A stretch of DNA of 63,629 nt, filler included, from Octopus bimaculoides (GCF_001194135.2; 8 parts of 7 records of this genome joined end to end with filler, not necessarily neighbours in it), one strand, 5' to 3'; shown: positions 1 to 13,573, counted from the whole stretch's first letter. The notes: generated from the letters alone by a model not told the origin. Made by a program: numbers and translations.

Positions 1-93
1 ATATATATATATATATATAGATAGATAGATAGATAGATAGATAAATAATAGATAGACAGACAGATAGATAGACAGATAGATAGATAGACAGAC

Positions 94-128
<35 letters not shown>

Positions 129-209
129 GAGATACATAGATGCATACATGCATACATACATACATACATATATATTTACAAACATGTTCCGTGTATATGT
201 AATATGTTT

Positions 210-253
<44 letters not shown>

Positions 254-456
254 NNNNNNNNNNCCACATGTATACAGAATATGTATGTGCAAATATATAT
301 ATATATATATATACATAGGTGTACATATACATACATACACCCACATACGTACATACATATGCACGTATACATCCTCCTGTTTTGTAGTTTTATAATGTTT
401 TACTCATTGCCTTCTTTACGTATGTATATGCATACATACGTACATATACATACATA

Positions 457-499
<43 letters not shown>

Positions 500-560
500 G
501 CACACAAATATATACATGCTATATATATATATATATATGCATGCGTGTATGTGCGTATAG
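1..560. repeat. Compound (TA)n/(GATA)n/(TACA)n microsatellite block
   Basis: Directly visible tandem di- and tetranucleotide runs. Confidence 0.95.
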
Positions 561-959
561 GAGTTATGCAAAGCCTAGTCCAAATTTTGCTGACTGACTT
601 CTGTCTCTTGAAACTTCTGATTATTAAATTATGCCCCTCTCATTTTATGTTTACTTCACGTTGTGTGTATATGTATTAGTGTGTTTCTTTGTGTGTGTGT
701 TTGTACGAGAGAAAATGTGTGCCTATCTGTATGTTTATTTTCTTATGTGTCTATCATATATGTAAATTTGATTACACAAGCAAAAGAAACAGAACTCAAT
801 ACTTAAAGTAGAGTATTTCTATTTTTATCAATCGAGGATTTACTACTACTCAGTAAGTAGCCGAGAGATATGTGCCAACTCGATAAAATGAGACCTTCTA
901 GTAAGGCAGAGTCTCACATATTTGATATTGTACTATTTAATTTACTCAGATCATTAGAG

Positions 960-1530
960 TAATTAGTAGGCAGGGGAGTGGGAAGGAACAGTCGATGAAA
1001 TCTACCCACCAATATTTTACTGTTATTTATTTTCTCCACCACTGTAGGCTGAAATGAAAAGTTTTCTCCTCACGTGGATATAACTCACACGGGTCTGCAA
1101 ATTTACTTCAAATGTTAGCATTGGCCCAGAAATTTTAGGGGTGGGGTTACGTCGATTACACTGACCTTAGTGTTCAGCTGGTATTTGATTTAACCAAACC
1201 CGAAAAGATAAAGGGGAGAATTAACCTCAGTGGAATTTTAACTTAGAACCTGAAGAAATGGCGTTAAGTATTTTGCTCGACGCGCTAACGACTCTGCCTG
1301 CTCATCAACTTAGAAGGCTTTGTAAGTAAAATAATTTTATTTTCTTACATGGATACCGAGCCATAAATTATGGCGCAGGAATAGTCGATTAAATCGTCTT
1401 CAGAACATGACAGGTTCTTTATTTTATCGACCATAGGATAATTCAAATATAACCGCGGTGAGATCTGAACTCAGAACGTAAAGCTATACAACTAAATACT
1501 GTAATATATTTTTCCTGACGCTCAAATGAT
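960..1530 (-). mobile_element. Three tandem degenerate copies of SINE family B (tRNA-derived)
   Basis: Each unit aligns by eye to the well-preserved copy at 36262-36478 (GTCGATTA...CTGGTA...TCGACC...GGAATTTGAACTCAGAAC...AAGCATTT). Confidence 0.65.
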
Positions 1531-1916
1531 TCTGCTGGGTTATTTTTTCCGTCGTTGGGGCTCGGGTAAAAATCCAAGCTTTGCAAAAACTTCTTTAGTC
1601 CCGGAAAAATCATTGTTTAATACGCAACTATATCCACATATAATATGAAATTGTATCACAAGTTACCATGTTTAATAACAGGCCCCTCGATTTTGGAATC
1701 CAGATTATTTTAAACAGCCACATAATCACATCTATAATACGCTACCATGTACAATACAGATCTTATTTGGGTCTAAATTGTTGTAACTCTTATCATACCA
1801 TGTAAAACACTCAGTGTTATACAACTGCTATAAGAGTAGATGATCGACCATAATCCAATATATTAGTTTTATGGTATTTCATTTTATATATAAAAAAATA
1901 TATTGATATACAAGCG

Positions 1917-2282
1917 AAAGCATGGCTATGTAATTAAGAAGCTTGATTTGCAACCATAAGTTCCCAGATTCATAAGTGTTTTCTTTTTTTTTTTAAATCA
2001 GGTCGACTCATGCCTTGTGAATGAATTTGGTAAATGGAAGCTGTGTGGAAGCTTGCCGAATATATACGTGTGTGTGTGTGTGTGTGTGTGTGTCGTTGAT
2101 TGTCTGTTTCTCCGCCGCCGCCGCTTGGCAACCGAATTTACCGGTTCAGCAAAAGTCCAATAGAATAAGTACCAAACTTATAAATAAGTACTCGAATCGA
2201 TCTGTTTGACTAAAGCCTTTCAAAGCGGTGCTCCAGCATGGTCGCAGTCCAATTACAGAAACAGAAAATAAAAAATAAATAA
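1917..2282 (+). mobile_element. SINE family A (tRNA head, CORE-like centre, internal microsatellite), degenerate
   Basis: Matches the 58639-59065 copy, including the tail GCGGTGCTCCAGCATGG..GCAGTC. Confidence 0.8.
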
Positions 2283-2444
2283 CTAATAACAGAAATATTT
2301 ATAAAAACAAGTAGCAAAGCTTCATTACATTATTGTGGGTTTTTTCTTAGTTTTTTTTTTCTCCTTCTCCTTAGTAGACTTGGAGAGGGAAAAATCATTT
2401 TGGCTTAATAGGTAAACTTGATTTTATTTTGCTTTGATATCAGT

Positions 2445-2750
2445 AGGCGCAGAATGGCTTAATGGCTAAGGAGTTTGCTTTGCAATCATGCAGTCTCGGT
2501 TTCGATTCTGCTGAGTAGTATCTTGGTCTCGTGCCATTTTCTATAGTCTTGAGTCCACTCATACCTTGTAAGTAAAATTGGGAAAACGAAAACTGTGTAC
2601 AAGATACCTATCGGGTTGATTGTATCTGTAATTCAAAGGTCACGTTGTGTCACACTAATTTCACCTGAGAATGCTTTATTGAGGATATACGAACCTGTGG
2701 AATATTCAGCCACTTATTCGCAAACTCAACGAGCCTGGTAATTTAACTGA
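2445..2750 (+). mobile_element. Chimeric SINE: family A-like head joined to family C-like 3' part
   Basis: 5' part resembles A heads; 2625-2750 resembles 14255-14370 (TTCAAAGG..TTGTCACACT..CTGTGGA.T..TCAGCCACTT). Confidence 0.55.
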
Positions 2751-2989
2751 CTGTAAGCTAGAAAGTCTGAATGAGGTTATTCAAAAACGATGGTGTATCT
2801 ATTATACATAAAGCTATATGGTAATTCATTAGTTTTCAGTTATGCTAAATAAATAGAACGTGTAGATTACCGGATAATGCATTACGTGATTAAGCTCTTG
2901 TCTGCTCACGTTCTGGACTTCAAATCTATCCAGGAGCGACTTTACCGTTTATTCCCTTCTATGTCACAAATTTGTGACTTTTCTGTCAC

Positions 2990-3180
2990 AATTGACTGCG
3001 CGTCGGACAAAGTGCTTGGCGACATTCTTTACTGTCTGAGTTCATATCTCGCCGAGGTCAACTTCGCCTTTCTTCCTTCTAGTGTGTGTGAGGTCGATAT
3101 AATAAAGTACTAATGAAGTACTGGATTCTCTCTCCCTCTAAAATTGCTCGCTTTGAACCACAAATTGAAACAATTATTTA
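2990..3180 (+). mobile_element. SINE family B, degenerate
   Basis: CTGAGTTCATATCTCGCCGAGGTCAACTTCGCCTTTC matches the B consensus. Confidence 0.7.
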
Positions 3181-3393
3181 AATACGGCAAAGGTGAAGTA
3201 GTGACATAATCCTTTAGTTCACTATAGAATTGCTGTTCTGAATAAGGTAGATTCTTTTCTTATATATAAGCCTATTTCAGACTTCAGCTTTCAGACATTC
3301 CAGCTTTGATCATCTGTTCATATCTAAGAATACACAATTTAAAGTGTCCTTCCTTTTTTCCGGTTGTGACTGAAGAGAGATTTCACTACTATA

Positions 3394-3661
3394 CAGTGGC
3401 GGCTCGAATGTAGGCACTGCAGCACCCCCCACCGATCTCTACTCGATATTATCGATAACATTCAATATGATGAGTCCTTTTTTCTTTAATTTTTTCTTTA
3501 TACTTGTACATTATATAATCCTTAAGATTAATGTCAGTAGCCATCCCCCTAGTTTATGAAAAAAATACAAAAATTATTGTATAGAACTGTGTGCTTTACA
3601 GTTCCAGCGATGCAGTGTTTGGTTGTTGTGCGCATATGTCCGAGATAGGAAGCTTCATGCT

Positions 3662-3744
<83 letters not shown>

Positions 3745-3929
3745 ACTGCGTGAACGACAGTGCCGACTCCGGTGTTCCAGTGAAACGTAGTGTTTCTTTT
3801 TGACTCTCCGTGTGTTGCGCTTAAAAACGTGTTTATATTCTTGAATGTGATATCTAAACAATATTAAAACAACGGCTAAAAATGTTCTAAAGCAGTAGCC
3901 CCACTAATTTTATCTACAAACCGCCACTG
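3394..3929. mobile_element. hAT-type MITE with internal (GA)n
   Basis: Terminal inverted CAGTGGCGG/CCGCCACTG; 8-bp flanks CTACTATA (3386-3393) and CTACTGTA (3930-3937), 7/8 identical. Confidence 0.75.
3664..3743. repeat. (GA)n microsatellite
   Basis: Visible. Confidence 0.95.
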
Positions 3930-4559
3930 CTACTGTATCTAGCATACCGAATAACCACGGAACGGTTTCCTCGCATGGTTGCTTCTCTGTCTTATAGAGT
4001 GCCCCCAAATTAATGTATTTTCACCACGGGTTCGGCAGATAGATAACATTTCTATTTAATATATTTGGTTTGCAAATAAATTCATTAACGCATTAGTTGA
4101 TAAATTAATCAAGCAGAGAGTTCGAGTCGGGGAGGGCCCAGAACCCTATCAATGAGTACTGGCTGAGGACTGGTGTAAATATTACAAAGAAACACCTTAG
4201 TCACAGTTAATTAATCGAAGCATTAATTAATCAGCTGATCATGCAAGCACTAGGTTTGGGTAGGGGGTCGACATTGCCTAGAATCCTATTTCTCAGGGTT
4301 AGATACAATAAGTACCAACCAGATACTGGGGGTAGATTTTATAAACCACTATACTCCTCAAAAAAAGGTGTCATATTGTTTTTGTATTAAAATATAATTA
4401 ATAGTAAATGAATATCGTTCAAATTTACTTTTTCAATTAATCAAGGCCTAATTTGCATTTCTGATTTTCGATAGTAATTCATATATTTATAAATTCATTT
4501 ATTTATAGCACGTCTTAAATGATTGATATGTATATGAAAATTCCAAATGTCAGACGCTC

Positions 4560-4808
4560 CCCATTACATACATACATACATACAAACATACATACGTATG
4601 GTAATACATTCATACGTGTGTACATACATACATACATACATACATACTCATAAACACATACATACTCACATATACATACACTTAAACAACACACACGCAC
4701 ACACAAACATACATACGCAAATGTGGGAACAGTTAAATTATAAACTGCATGTAAAATGTATGCTTTTCTGTTTTATATACATACACACACACACACACAT
4801 ACACCCGC

Positions 4809-4853
<45 letters not shown>

Positions 4854-4968
4854 TACATACATACATACATACATACATGCATGCACACACACACACACAC
4901 ATATATATATGTATGTATGTATTGATACATATATTTATATATATATGTGTGTGTGTGTGTGTATGTGT

Positions 4969-5012
<44 letters not shown>

Positions 5013-5070
5013 TATTTACATTATATATAGATATACACACACATATACATACATACATACTTCCATACAT
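4560..5070. repeat. Compound (TACA)n/(CA)n/(TA)n/(TG)n microsatellite
   Basis: Visible. Confidence 0.9.
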
Positions 5071-5231
5071 ATATTACTGAATATGCGTAATTTACAAAAG
5101 AGGTACAAATAGTTTCATGCCTTAGGGATACATTAATTTGCTAGAAGGCAAAATATTGTTTCTGGAAAGGGTGAAAATATTAGCAGCTCCTTAGTAAATT
5201 GCGTATATTAAATGTCATTTATCTACCACAG

Positions 5232-5280
5232 GTTTAAGTACGCTTCTGTTGATCCTGCATACTACGGAACTATAGACAAC
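5232..5280 (+). CDS. Candidate 49-nt internal coding exon (xFKYASVDPAYYGTIDN), gene unknown
   Basis: Acceptor TTTATCTACCACAG, donor AAC|GTATGT, one open frame with protein-like composition; no homolog recognised. Confidence 0.35.
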
Positions 5281-5289
5281 GTATGTATC

Positions 5290-5365
<76 letters not shown>

Positions 5366-5450
5366 CGTGCGTGCGTGTGTGTGTGCATGTTTGTGCGTGC
5401 GCACACGTCTGCAAATAAATAATAAGTAAATATGTGTATAAATCTAGGTA

Positions 5451-5671
5451 CAGTAATCTCTCGCCATATCACGGTTCACCTATCGCGGTTTATTTTTTAA
5501 GCTTACGTCGATTCCTTTGTGTTGTTTTGCATTTATAATAAACTCAATATATACAAATTATAAAAATGATAGTAAAAAAATTTAGAGTATAATACTGTTT
5601 CTATTTCGCGGATTTTCACCTATCGAGTGGGGTTTTGGAACATAACACCCATGATAGTAGAGACAATACTG
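5451..5671. mobile_element. pogo/Tigger-like MITE
   Basis: TA-flanked CAGTA...TACTG ends with imperfect ~25-bp inverted termini. Confidence 0.65.
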
Positions 5672-6051
5672 TATACATTAAAGATTGCAGATATTGTAGT
5701 ACATCAACGCGGGGACCCTACCTTCATGCGTGTTAAATATTTTGAGGGTATCCATTTGTGAATGAAAAAAAAAACGGAGACGATATANNNNNNNNNNNNN
5801 NNNNNNNNNNNNNNNNNNNNNNNNNNNNNNNNNNNNNNNNNNNNNNNNNNNNNNNNNNNNNNNNNNNNNNNNNNNNNNNNNNNNNNNNNNNNNNNNNNNN
5901 NNNNNNNNNNNNNNNNNNNNNNNNNNNNNNNNNNNNNNNNNNNNNNNNNNNNNNNNNNNNNNNNNNNNNNNNNNNNNNNNNNNNNNNNNNNNNNNNNNNN
6001 NNNNNNNNNNNNNNNNNNNNNNNNNNNNNNNNNNNNNNNNNNNNNNNNNNN

Positions 6052-6092
<41 letters not shown>

Positions 6093-6229
6093 GAATAAAT
6101 GTGCGTAGGTACGTGTGCATGTACGCATGTATGTATGTATGTATGTATGCATGTATGTATGTATACAGGATACTGTGAATAAACTGTCGTCTAAATTACG
6201 CAAATATGAAAATTACACTGACATCTCAT

Positions 6230-7018
6230 TTTAAGATATATATTTACCAAAATTACATAAAAACATCTTCAAATGCTAAAGAGTCAATTTATTCTATAAA
6301 ATCGCCATTGGCTTCAACCACACCTTCCAGACGACTTCGGAATCTTCTGCAACCCTTCTGGACGGTCCCCTCGTTTAAGTTAGTGAATGATGTCATAATC
6401 CTTGCTTTTAGTTCATCTTTAGCGTTACAAGGAGTTTTGTTGGTCTCTAGCTCAACTGCGCCCCACACATAATAATCAAGTGGGTTGTAGTCAGGGGAGT
6501 TAGGTGGCCAGATGTTAGGGGTGATATGGTCGCAGAAATTGTCTGACAGTCACGACTGGGTTCTCCTGCTTGTATGGCATGGTGCAGAATTCTGTTGCCA
6601 GACATAAGGTCTTCAAGCAGCCACTCTCTTGACACAAGGCAGCACTACCTTGATGTAGGCCTCCGTGTAGAGTGTGAGGCCTTGAGGGAAGATGAATGGA
6701 AGCTTACTTCGCCATCACTAGTTCTCACTCCAAACAGCATGATGTTGACTGGATGTTTGATTTTTATCACTCTCGGTACATCTTCTCAACTTGCATTGTC
6801 TTCAGATTGACACCCAAACACTCTGAAATGTTCGTAATGAAGCTTCCGGCGCGAATGCCAAGCGGTACAGCATGTTGTTTCCAATTGCGTCATGGTGCTG
6901 TTTTCCTAACAGACGGTGACCAACGGATTCTACTATAATATATGGTCGACAAAATCAAAAGCAAGCTCTGCGCATGCTCAAAATAAATAATGTATTGTGG
7001 CGACAATTTACCCATCGT

Positions 7019-7023
<5 letters not shown>
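6230..7023 (-). mobile_element. IS630-Tc1-mariner DD37D (maT) transposon, internally deleted copy 1
   Basis: Minus strand encodes PRVIKIKHPVN.M.FG..SDG and KDELKARIM...RSRLEGVVEANGDFIE, homologous to 11130-11600; 5' terminus at ~6990-7023 matches 10759-10795. Confidence 0.85.
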
Positions 7024-7065
<42 letters not shown>

Positions 7066-7922
7066 NNNNNNNNNNNNNNNNNNNNNNNNNNNNNNNNNNN
7101 NNNNNNNNNNNNNNNNNNNNNNNNNNNNNNNNNNNNNNNNNNNNNNNNNNNNNNNNNNNNNNNNNNNNNNNNNNNNNNNNNNNNNNNNNNNNNNNNNNNN
7201 NNNNNNNNNNNNNNNNNNNNNNNNNNNNNNNNNNNNNNNNNNNNNNNNNNNNNNNNNNNNNNNNNNNNNNNNNNNNNNNNNNNNNNNNNNNNNNNNNNNN
7301 NNNNNNNNNNNNNNNNNNNNNNNNNNNNNNNNNNNNNNNNNNNNNNNNNNNNNNNNNNNNNNNNNNNNNNNNNNNNNNNNNNNNNNNNNNNNNNNNNNNN
7401 NNNNNNNNNNNNNNNNNNNNNNNNNNNNNNNNNNNNNNNNNNNNNNNNNNNNNNNNNNNNNNNNNNNNNNNNNNNNNNNNNNNNNNNNNNNNNNNNNNNN
7501 NNNNNNNNNNNNNNNNNNNNNNNNNNNNNNNNNNNNNNNNNNNNNNNNNNNNNNNNNNNNNNNNNNNNNNNNNNNNNNNNNNNNNNNNNNNNNNNNNNNN
7601 NNNNNNNNNNNNNNNNNNNNNNNNNNNNNNNNNNNNNNNNNNNNNNNNNNNNNNNNNNNNNNNNNNNNNNNNNNNNNNNNNNNNNNNNNNNNNNNNNNNN
7701 NNNNNNNNNNNNNNNNNNNNNNNNNNNNNNNNNNNNNNNNNNNNNNNNNNNNNNNNNNNNNNNNNNNNNNNNNNNNNNNNNNNNNNNNNNNNNNNNNNNN
7801 NNNNNNNNNNNNNNNNNNNNNNNNNNNNNNNNNNNNNNNNNNNNNNNNNNNNNNNNNNNNNNNNNNNNNNNNNNNNNNNNNNNNNNNNNNNNNNNNNNNN
7901 NNNNNNNNNNNNNNNNNNNNNN

Positions 7923-7994
<72 letters not shown>

Positions 7995-8277
7995 ATATAT
8001 ATATGTATATACTTTTTTTTATATCCATGTAATTAAACAAAAATTACTATATTTTAAAATTCATAAAAAGTTATAAACTTTCGAGAGAAAGCGAATTAAA
8101 TTTGGGAGAACAACTGTTCTACTAGTATAAAAAACTATGAAGAATTGCATGTAAACATTGCTTTGAAAAAGTAAAAAAGACATTTTTCATAGAATAATTT
8201 CGAGGCAACAATTTATAGTTCTATACGCTTCGAGATACACAGTACCAAGCAAGAAATATATGCTTATATATATTTTT

Positions 8278-8480
8278 TATTCTTTTATTCTTTTACTTGT
8301 TTCAGTCGGCCATGCTGGAGCACCTTCTTTAGTCGAAGAAGTCAATCCCAGCACTTATTCTTTGTAATCCTAGTAGTTATTCTATCGGTTTTCTTTTGCT
8401 AAACCGCTAAGTTATTCGGGCGTAAATACACCAGCATCGGTTGTTAAGCGATGGCGGCGGCACAAACAGACACACACACA
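8278..8480 (-). mobile_element. SINE family A, 3' half
   Basis: Reverse complement of the A tail. Confidence 0.85.
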
Positions 8481-8493
8481 CACAAAAATATAC

Positions 8494-8494
<1 letters not shown>

Positions 8495-8541
<47 letters not shown>

Positions 8542-8594
8542 GTCTATCTGTCTGTCTGTCTATCTGTCTGTCTATCTGTCTGTCTATCTGTCTG

Positions 8595-8632
<38 letters not shown>
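8495..8632. repeat. (TCTA)n/(TCTG)n microsatellite
   Basis: Visible. Confidence 0.95.
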
Positions 8633-8633
<1 letters not shown>

Positions 8634-9254
8634 GAGTTAGAGGTTAAGCAACCATCTAAGCGATAGTGAATATCCAATATACTTCTGGATATGTACCTAC
8701 GTATTTATATCCAAGTCCTTTCTATTGCAATTGAATACTAGGTATGAGTGGGGGTAAACAGAAATTTACCCAGGATTTTTAAGACAAATAAGAAAATGGA
8801 GAGGTATAAATTATACCTATTTATTAATTGATTACAACCATATGTATGTGTGATTCAAATAAACGAATGAAATAAGCAAATAAATAAGTAAATACATAGA
8901 TACATAAAATAAACAAATAAGAAAAAATGAGTGAACAAATAACTAAACTTTTACAGCCGTTTCTACCATGGAGTTACCCAGTCTTCCAAGTTTTCCACAT
9001 CACGCCAGTGATATACAGGGATTTTACAAAGGTGTAAGAGTTCAGTATTTGTTCACTCATTTATTCTTATTTGTTTATTCTATGTATCTATGTATTTACT
9101 TATTTACTTGCTTGTTTCATTCATTTATTTGGATCACTCATACATATGATTGTAATCAATTAATAATTGAATGTTTATTGAAATATAATTGAATGTTTAC
9201 AAGCTGATGTTTGTCGATTGCTTATCTTTTCCATTTTCTTATTTNNNNNNNNNN

Positions 9255-9410
9255 CGGGCTTTGTTCAGTTTCTGTCTGCCAAATGCACACACAAAACTTT
9301 TGTCGGCCCGTGGCTATAGTGAATGAAACTTTCCCAAGGTGCCACGCAGTGGGACTGAATCCGGAATCATGTGGTTGGGAAGCAGGCTTCTTACCACACA
9401 ACCACGTCTG
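9255..9410 (-). mobile_element. SINE family A, 5' half
   Basis: CCCAAGGTGCCACGCAGTGGGACTGAA is the reverse complement of the A head/core. Confidence 0.85.
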
Positions 9411-9886
9411 CGCTGTTCATATTAGATTAATACACTAGTAAATATATGTATGTTTGTATGTTTATATTTGCAAAATACGTTTGGATGTACATATAGATTA
9501 TATACACACATATATATATATACACATATTACCACAGATAGATAAATATTTTTACTTGTATAGAATCTATGTGGATATAAACTCATACTTAACTATATAC
9601 CCTCAGACACTCATATTAAATATATATATAATATTTCAATTATAATAATAAAGGATGAAATCTTCAAAAATTTTATATATATATATTTGAATGTCTCTGA
9701 GGGCTGCATAATAGAGTTTTTGAAGTGTAAAGGTGATTTTTAAAACAGATTATTTTTTTTTAAATGTTATGAAATCATTTATGAGGATGTTACCAGCATT
9801 TCTGGGGGAAGAAGTATTTTTCATGAGTGTGAGCACTTTCGTTAAATCTCTTCAAACTCACGTGCTCTTCCTTCAAACACACGTAC

Positions 9887-9923
<37 letters not shown>

Positions 9924-10758
9924 NNNNNNNNNNNNNNNNNNNNNNNNNNNNNNNNNNNNNNNNNNNNNNNNNNNNNNNNNNNNNNNNNNNNNNNNNNNNN
10001 NNNNNNNNNNNNNNNNNNNNNNNNNNNNNNNNNNNNNNNNNNNNNNNNNNNNNNNNNNNNNNNNNNNNNNNNNNNNNNNNNNNNNNNNNNNNNNNNNNNN
10101 NNNNNNNNNNNNNNNNNNNNNNNNNNNNNNNNNNNNNNNNNNNNNNNNNNNNNNNNNNNNNNNNNNNNNNNNNNNNNNNNNNNNNNNNNNNNNNNNNNNN
10201 NNNNNNNNNNNNNNNNNNNNNNNNNNNNNNNNNNNNNNNNNNNNNNNNNNNNNNNNNNNNNNNNNNNNNNNNNNNNNNNNNNNNNNNNNNNNNNNNNNNN
10301 NNNNNNNNNNNNNNNNNNNNNNNNNNNNNNNNNNNNNNNNNNNNNNNNNNNNNNNNNNNNNNNNNNNNNNNNNNNNNNNNNNNNNNNNNNNNNNNNNNNN
10401 NNNNNNNNNNNNNNNNNNNNNNNNNNNNNNNNNNNNNNNNNNNNNNNNNNNNNNNNNNNNNNNNNNNNNNNNNNNNNNNNNNNNNNNNNNNNNNNNNNNN
10501 NNNNNNNNNNNNNNNNNNNNNNNNNNNNNNNNNNNNNNNNNNNNNNNNNNNNNNNNNNNNNNNNNNNNNNNNNNNNNNNNNNNNNNNNNNNNNNNNNNNN
10601 NNNNNNNNNNNNNNNNNNNNNNNNNNNNNNNNNNNNNNNNNNNNNNNNNNNNNNNNNNNNNNNNNNNNNNNNNNNNNNNNNNNNNNNNNNNNNNNNNNNN
10701 NNNNNNNNNNNNNNNNNNNNNNNNNNNNNNNNNNNNNNNNNNNNNNNNNNTATATATA

Positions 10759-11675
10759 GGATGCGATGAGTGAATTGTCGGCAGATAATATTTTTATCTG
10801 GTGAGATTGAGGCCATGAATGACAACGATCCCTCCAATTCAGTGAGGTCCATCGCCAGAGATATGGGCGTGTCTGAGTTTCTTATCGGGCAGGTAGTGCA
10901 GGATGATATTGGGTATTATTCATACAAGATGAGAAAGGGCCAATTTTTATCTCGAGCCTTCAAGAATAAGAGGGAAGATTGCGTTACGAAGCTTTTCAAC
11001 TAACTCAAGCATCCTCTCCAACCGACATGCTTTGGGTTTTCTCAGACGACAAAAATTTCTGCCGGGATCGGTTGGTGAACACACAGAACAACTATTGGCT
11101 TCTCGTGTCCCCAAAACATGTACCGAGAGTGATAAAAATCAAACATCCAGTCAACGTCATGATGTTTGGAGTGATCACTAGTGATGGTAACGTTATGCCT
11201 CCATTTATCTTCCTACACGGCCTCAGACTCAACATGGAGACTTACATTAAGTGCCTGGAGGAGGTAGTGCTGCTCTGGGTTAAGAGGGTGGCTGCTGGAA
11301 AACCCAATATCCAGCAACAGGACTCTGCACCAGGCCACACAAGCAGGAGAACCCAATTATGGCTGTCTGACAATTTCTCCAACCACATCACCCCTAACAT
11401 CTGGCCACATATAACTCCCCAGACTGCAACCCCCTTGATTATTATGTGTGGGACGCAGTTGAGTGAGAGACCAACAAAACTCCTTGTAACACCAAAGATG
11501 AACTGAAGGCAAGGATTATGGCAGCATTCACCAATTTAAACAAGGAGACCATCCAAAAGAGTTGCAGGAAATTCCGAAGTCGTTTGGAGGCCGTGGTTGA
11601 AGGCAATGGCGATTTTATAGAATAAATTGACTCTTTAGTATCTGAAGATATTTTTATGTAATTCTGGTAATATAT
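10759..11675 (+). pseudogene. DD37D (maT) transposase relic, copy 2
   Basis: VFSDDKNF ... QQDSAPGH ... (frameshift) NSPDCNPLDY; 37 residues between the last two catalytic D; TA-flanked 5' terminus joined directly to mid-ORF. Confidence 0.9.
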
Positions 11676-12353
11676 CGCTAAGCATTTTGCCCGGCGTGCT
11701 ACCGAATCTGCCTACTCGTTGCATTGCTATATCGTAATATTACATGTTGTGATGTTACATAATCCTCTTTGTCGTTGTCAGCCAATTCTCTTTCCAATTC
11801 TGTCTTAGAAATTGTTTACTGCTTCAAATTTTCTGCAGTTAGGTCTTATTCTTTCTCCATAAGCTGATGTTGCGCTTAACAACACCAAATTTTCTAGAGC
11901 TGCATTGCTGTTCTTTTCAACAGAAAATTCTACTACTATCCTGTTTAAATTTTGCCTCGTAAGCAACGCAACTCTATTTTTTCAATTCATATTTTATTAT
12001 AAGTCTATATGTACTGAAGTTGTTTTCACTATCAGCATGCACCAGTAGTATTAACTTTCACGTTTTATGCTATAATCTTTTAAATTATATAATCATTTAT
12101 GGAGTGCTTAACCACAAACCACCAGCGTGTTAAAAGAATTCACAGTTGCGCTTGGATGTATTCTCAACAAATGTTTCACAGCTACAGGAAATAAAATACA
12201 TACATTAGTCGTTAGATGTCTCGGGGCTCTTGCCTTCGATATCTTCAGTTTTACAGATTTGTTGTTGCATATAATTCTTTTATATTTGAGTAATGATGCG
12301 ACCTTCCCAATTTTGATCCTAAATGGTTATATTAAATTTCATGAAATATACAG

Positions 12354-12436
12354 GTGTGCTTCCCAACCCCATGGTTCCGGGTTCATTCCCCCTGTGTGGC
12401 ACCTTGAGCAAGTGTCTTCTTATAGCGTCAGGCTAT
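12354..12436 (+). mobile_element. SINE family A head fragment
   Basis: CATGGTTCCGGGTTCA...GGCACCTTGAGCAAGTGTCTTCT. Confidence 0.8.
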
Positions 12437-12516
12437 AAGTTTTCTGGTATAATGCAGTAAATATATTTAATAGGATGACAAGAGAAGAAATGTCAATAAA
12501 TTTTCATACATACATA

Positions 12517-12571
<55 letters not shown>

Positions 12572-12599
12572 CACGCACGCACACAAACATACACACATA

Positions 12600-12845
12600 T
12601 GCATATATGAGTATGTGTTTGTTTTTGTGTATGTGTTTGAACCCCGCTACCACTTGACAACCGGTGGTGGTGCGTTTACGTCCCCGTGATCCAGCGGTTC
12701 GGCTAAAGTGACCGATAGAATAAGTGCCAGATATAAAAAAGAAAATAAGTCCTGGTGGTCGATTCATTCGGCTAAAAATTTCTCCATGGTGATGCCTCTG
12801 CATGGCCGCAGTCTAACGACTAAAACATGTAAAGGTATAAGAGAT
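12600..12845 (+). mobile_element. SINE family A, 3' half
   Basis: CTTGACAACCGGTGGTGGTGCGTTTACGTCCCCG...GATAGAATAAG...GCATGGCCGCAGTC. Confidence 0.85.
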
Positions 12846-13463
12846 AGTGGATGAAGATACAAGAGTAACTACTACATTACATACACACTTCCTTGTAAAT
12901 GATCGACATTCAACATGTTTAGAGCACTAAATCGATGAAGAAAGAAACTGATTCATCCTTTATGTTCTCTTTTTATACGGACTATAATTTCAATTCAGAA
13001 GTGATCAATTTCTCAATGCTATTAGGAATATAAATTTAATTCTCTTAAGAAGGGTTTTTTGGCTTGATACGTCAGCAAAACTTTCGTATCTGCAACACGA
13101 TGCTTATGAATTTTATTCCAATTTTCAAACGTTATTAAACGATTTTTATTGACGCAGACTAACACAGGAGACTGTCTTTTATTTATGACCTCGGAAGTAA
13201 GTTAGATTCAGTCACTGAAATATGCATAGAAAGCTACAAGGTTTTCTGATATAATGCATTTTATAATATTTTATAGGATGGCAAAAGAAGCAGCGTCAAT
13301 AAATTTTCATACATGCATACATACATACATACATACATACATACATACATACATACATGCATACATGCATACCTACAAACGTACACACGCATATACGCAG
13401 TCTCATACACATACATTCAAACATACAAACATACATTAATATGTGCGTAAGACAATTTACAGG

Positions 13464-13506
<43 letters not shown>

Positions 13507-13573
13507 GTGTGTATGAGTGCGTATTTATGTGTGAATGTGCATGATATTACATATGGGAATCTGTGTGTACATA

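Noticed and set aside
176-5472. ORFs of CVCV/HTHT/YIYI type here and throughout the track
   Set aside because: Translations of microsatellites, which lack stops by construction
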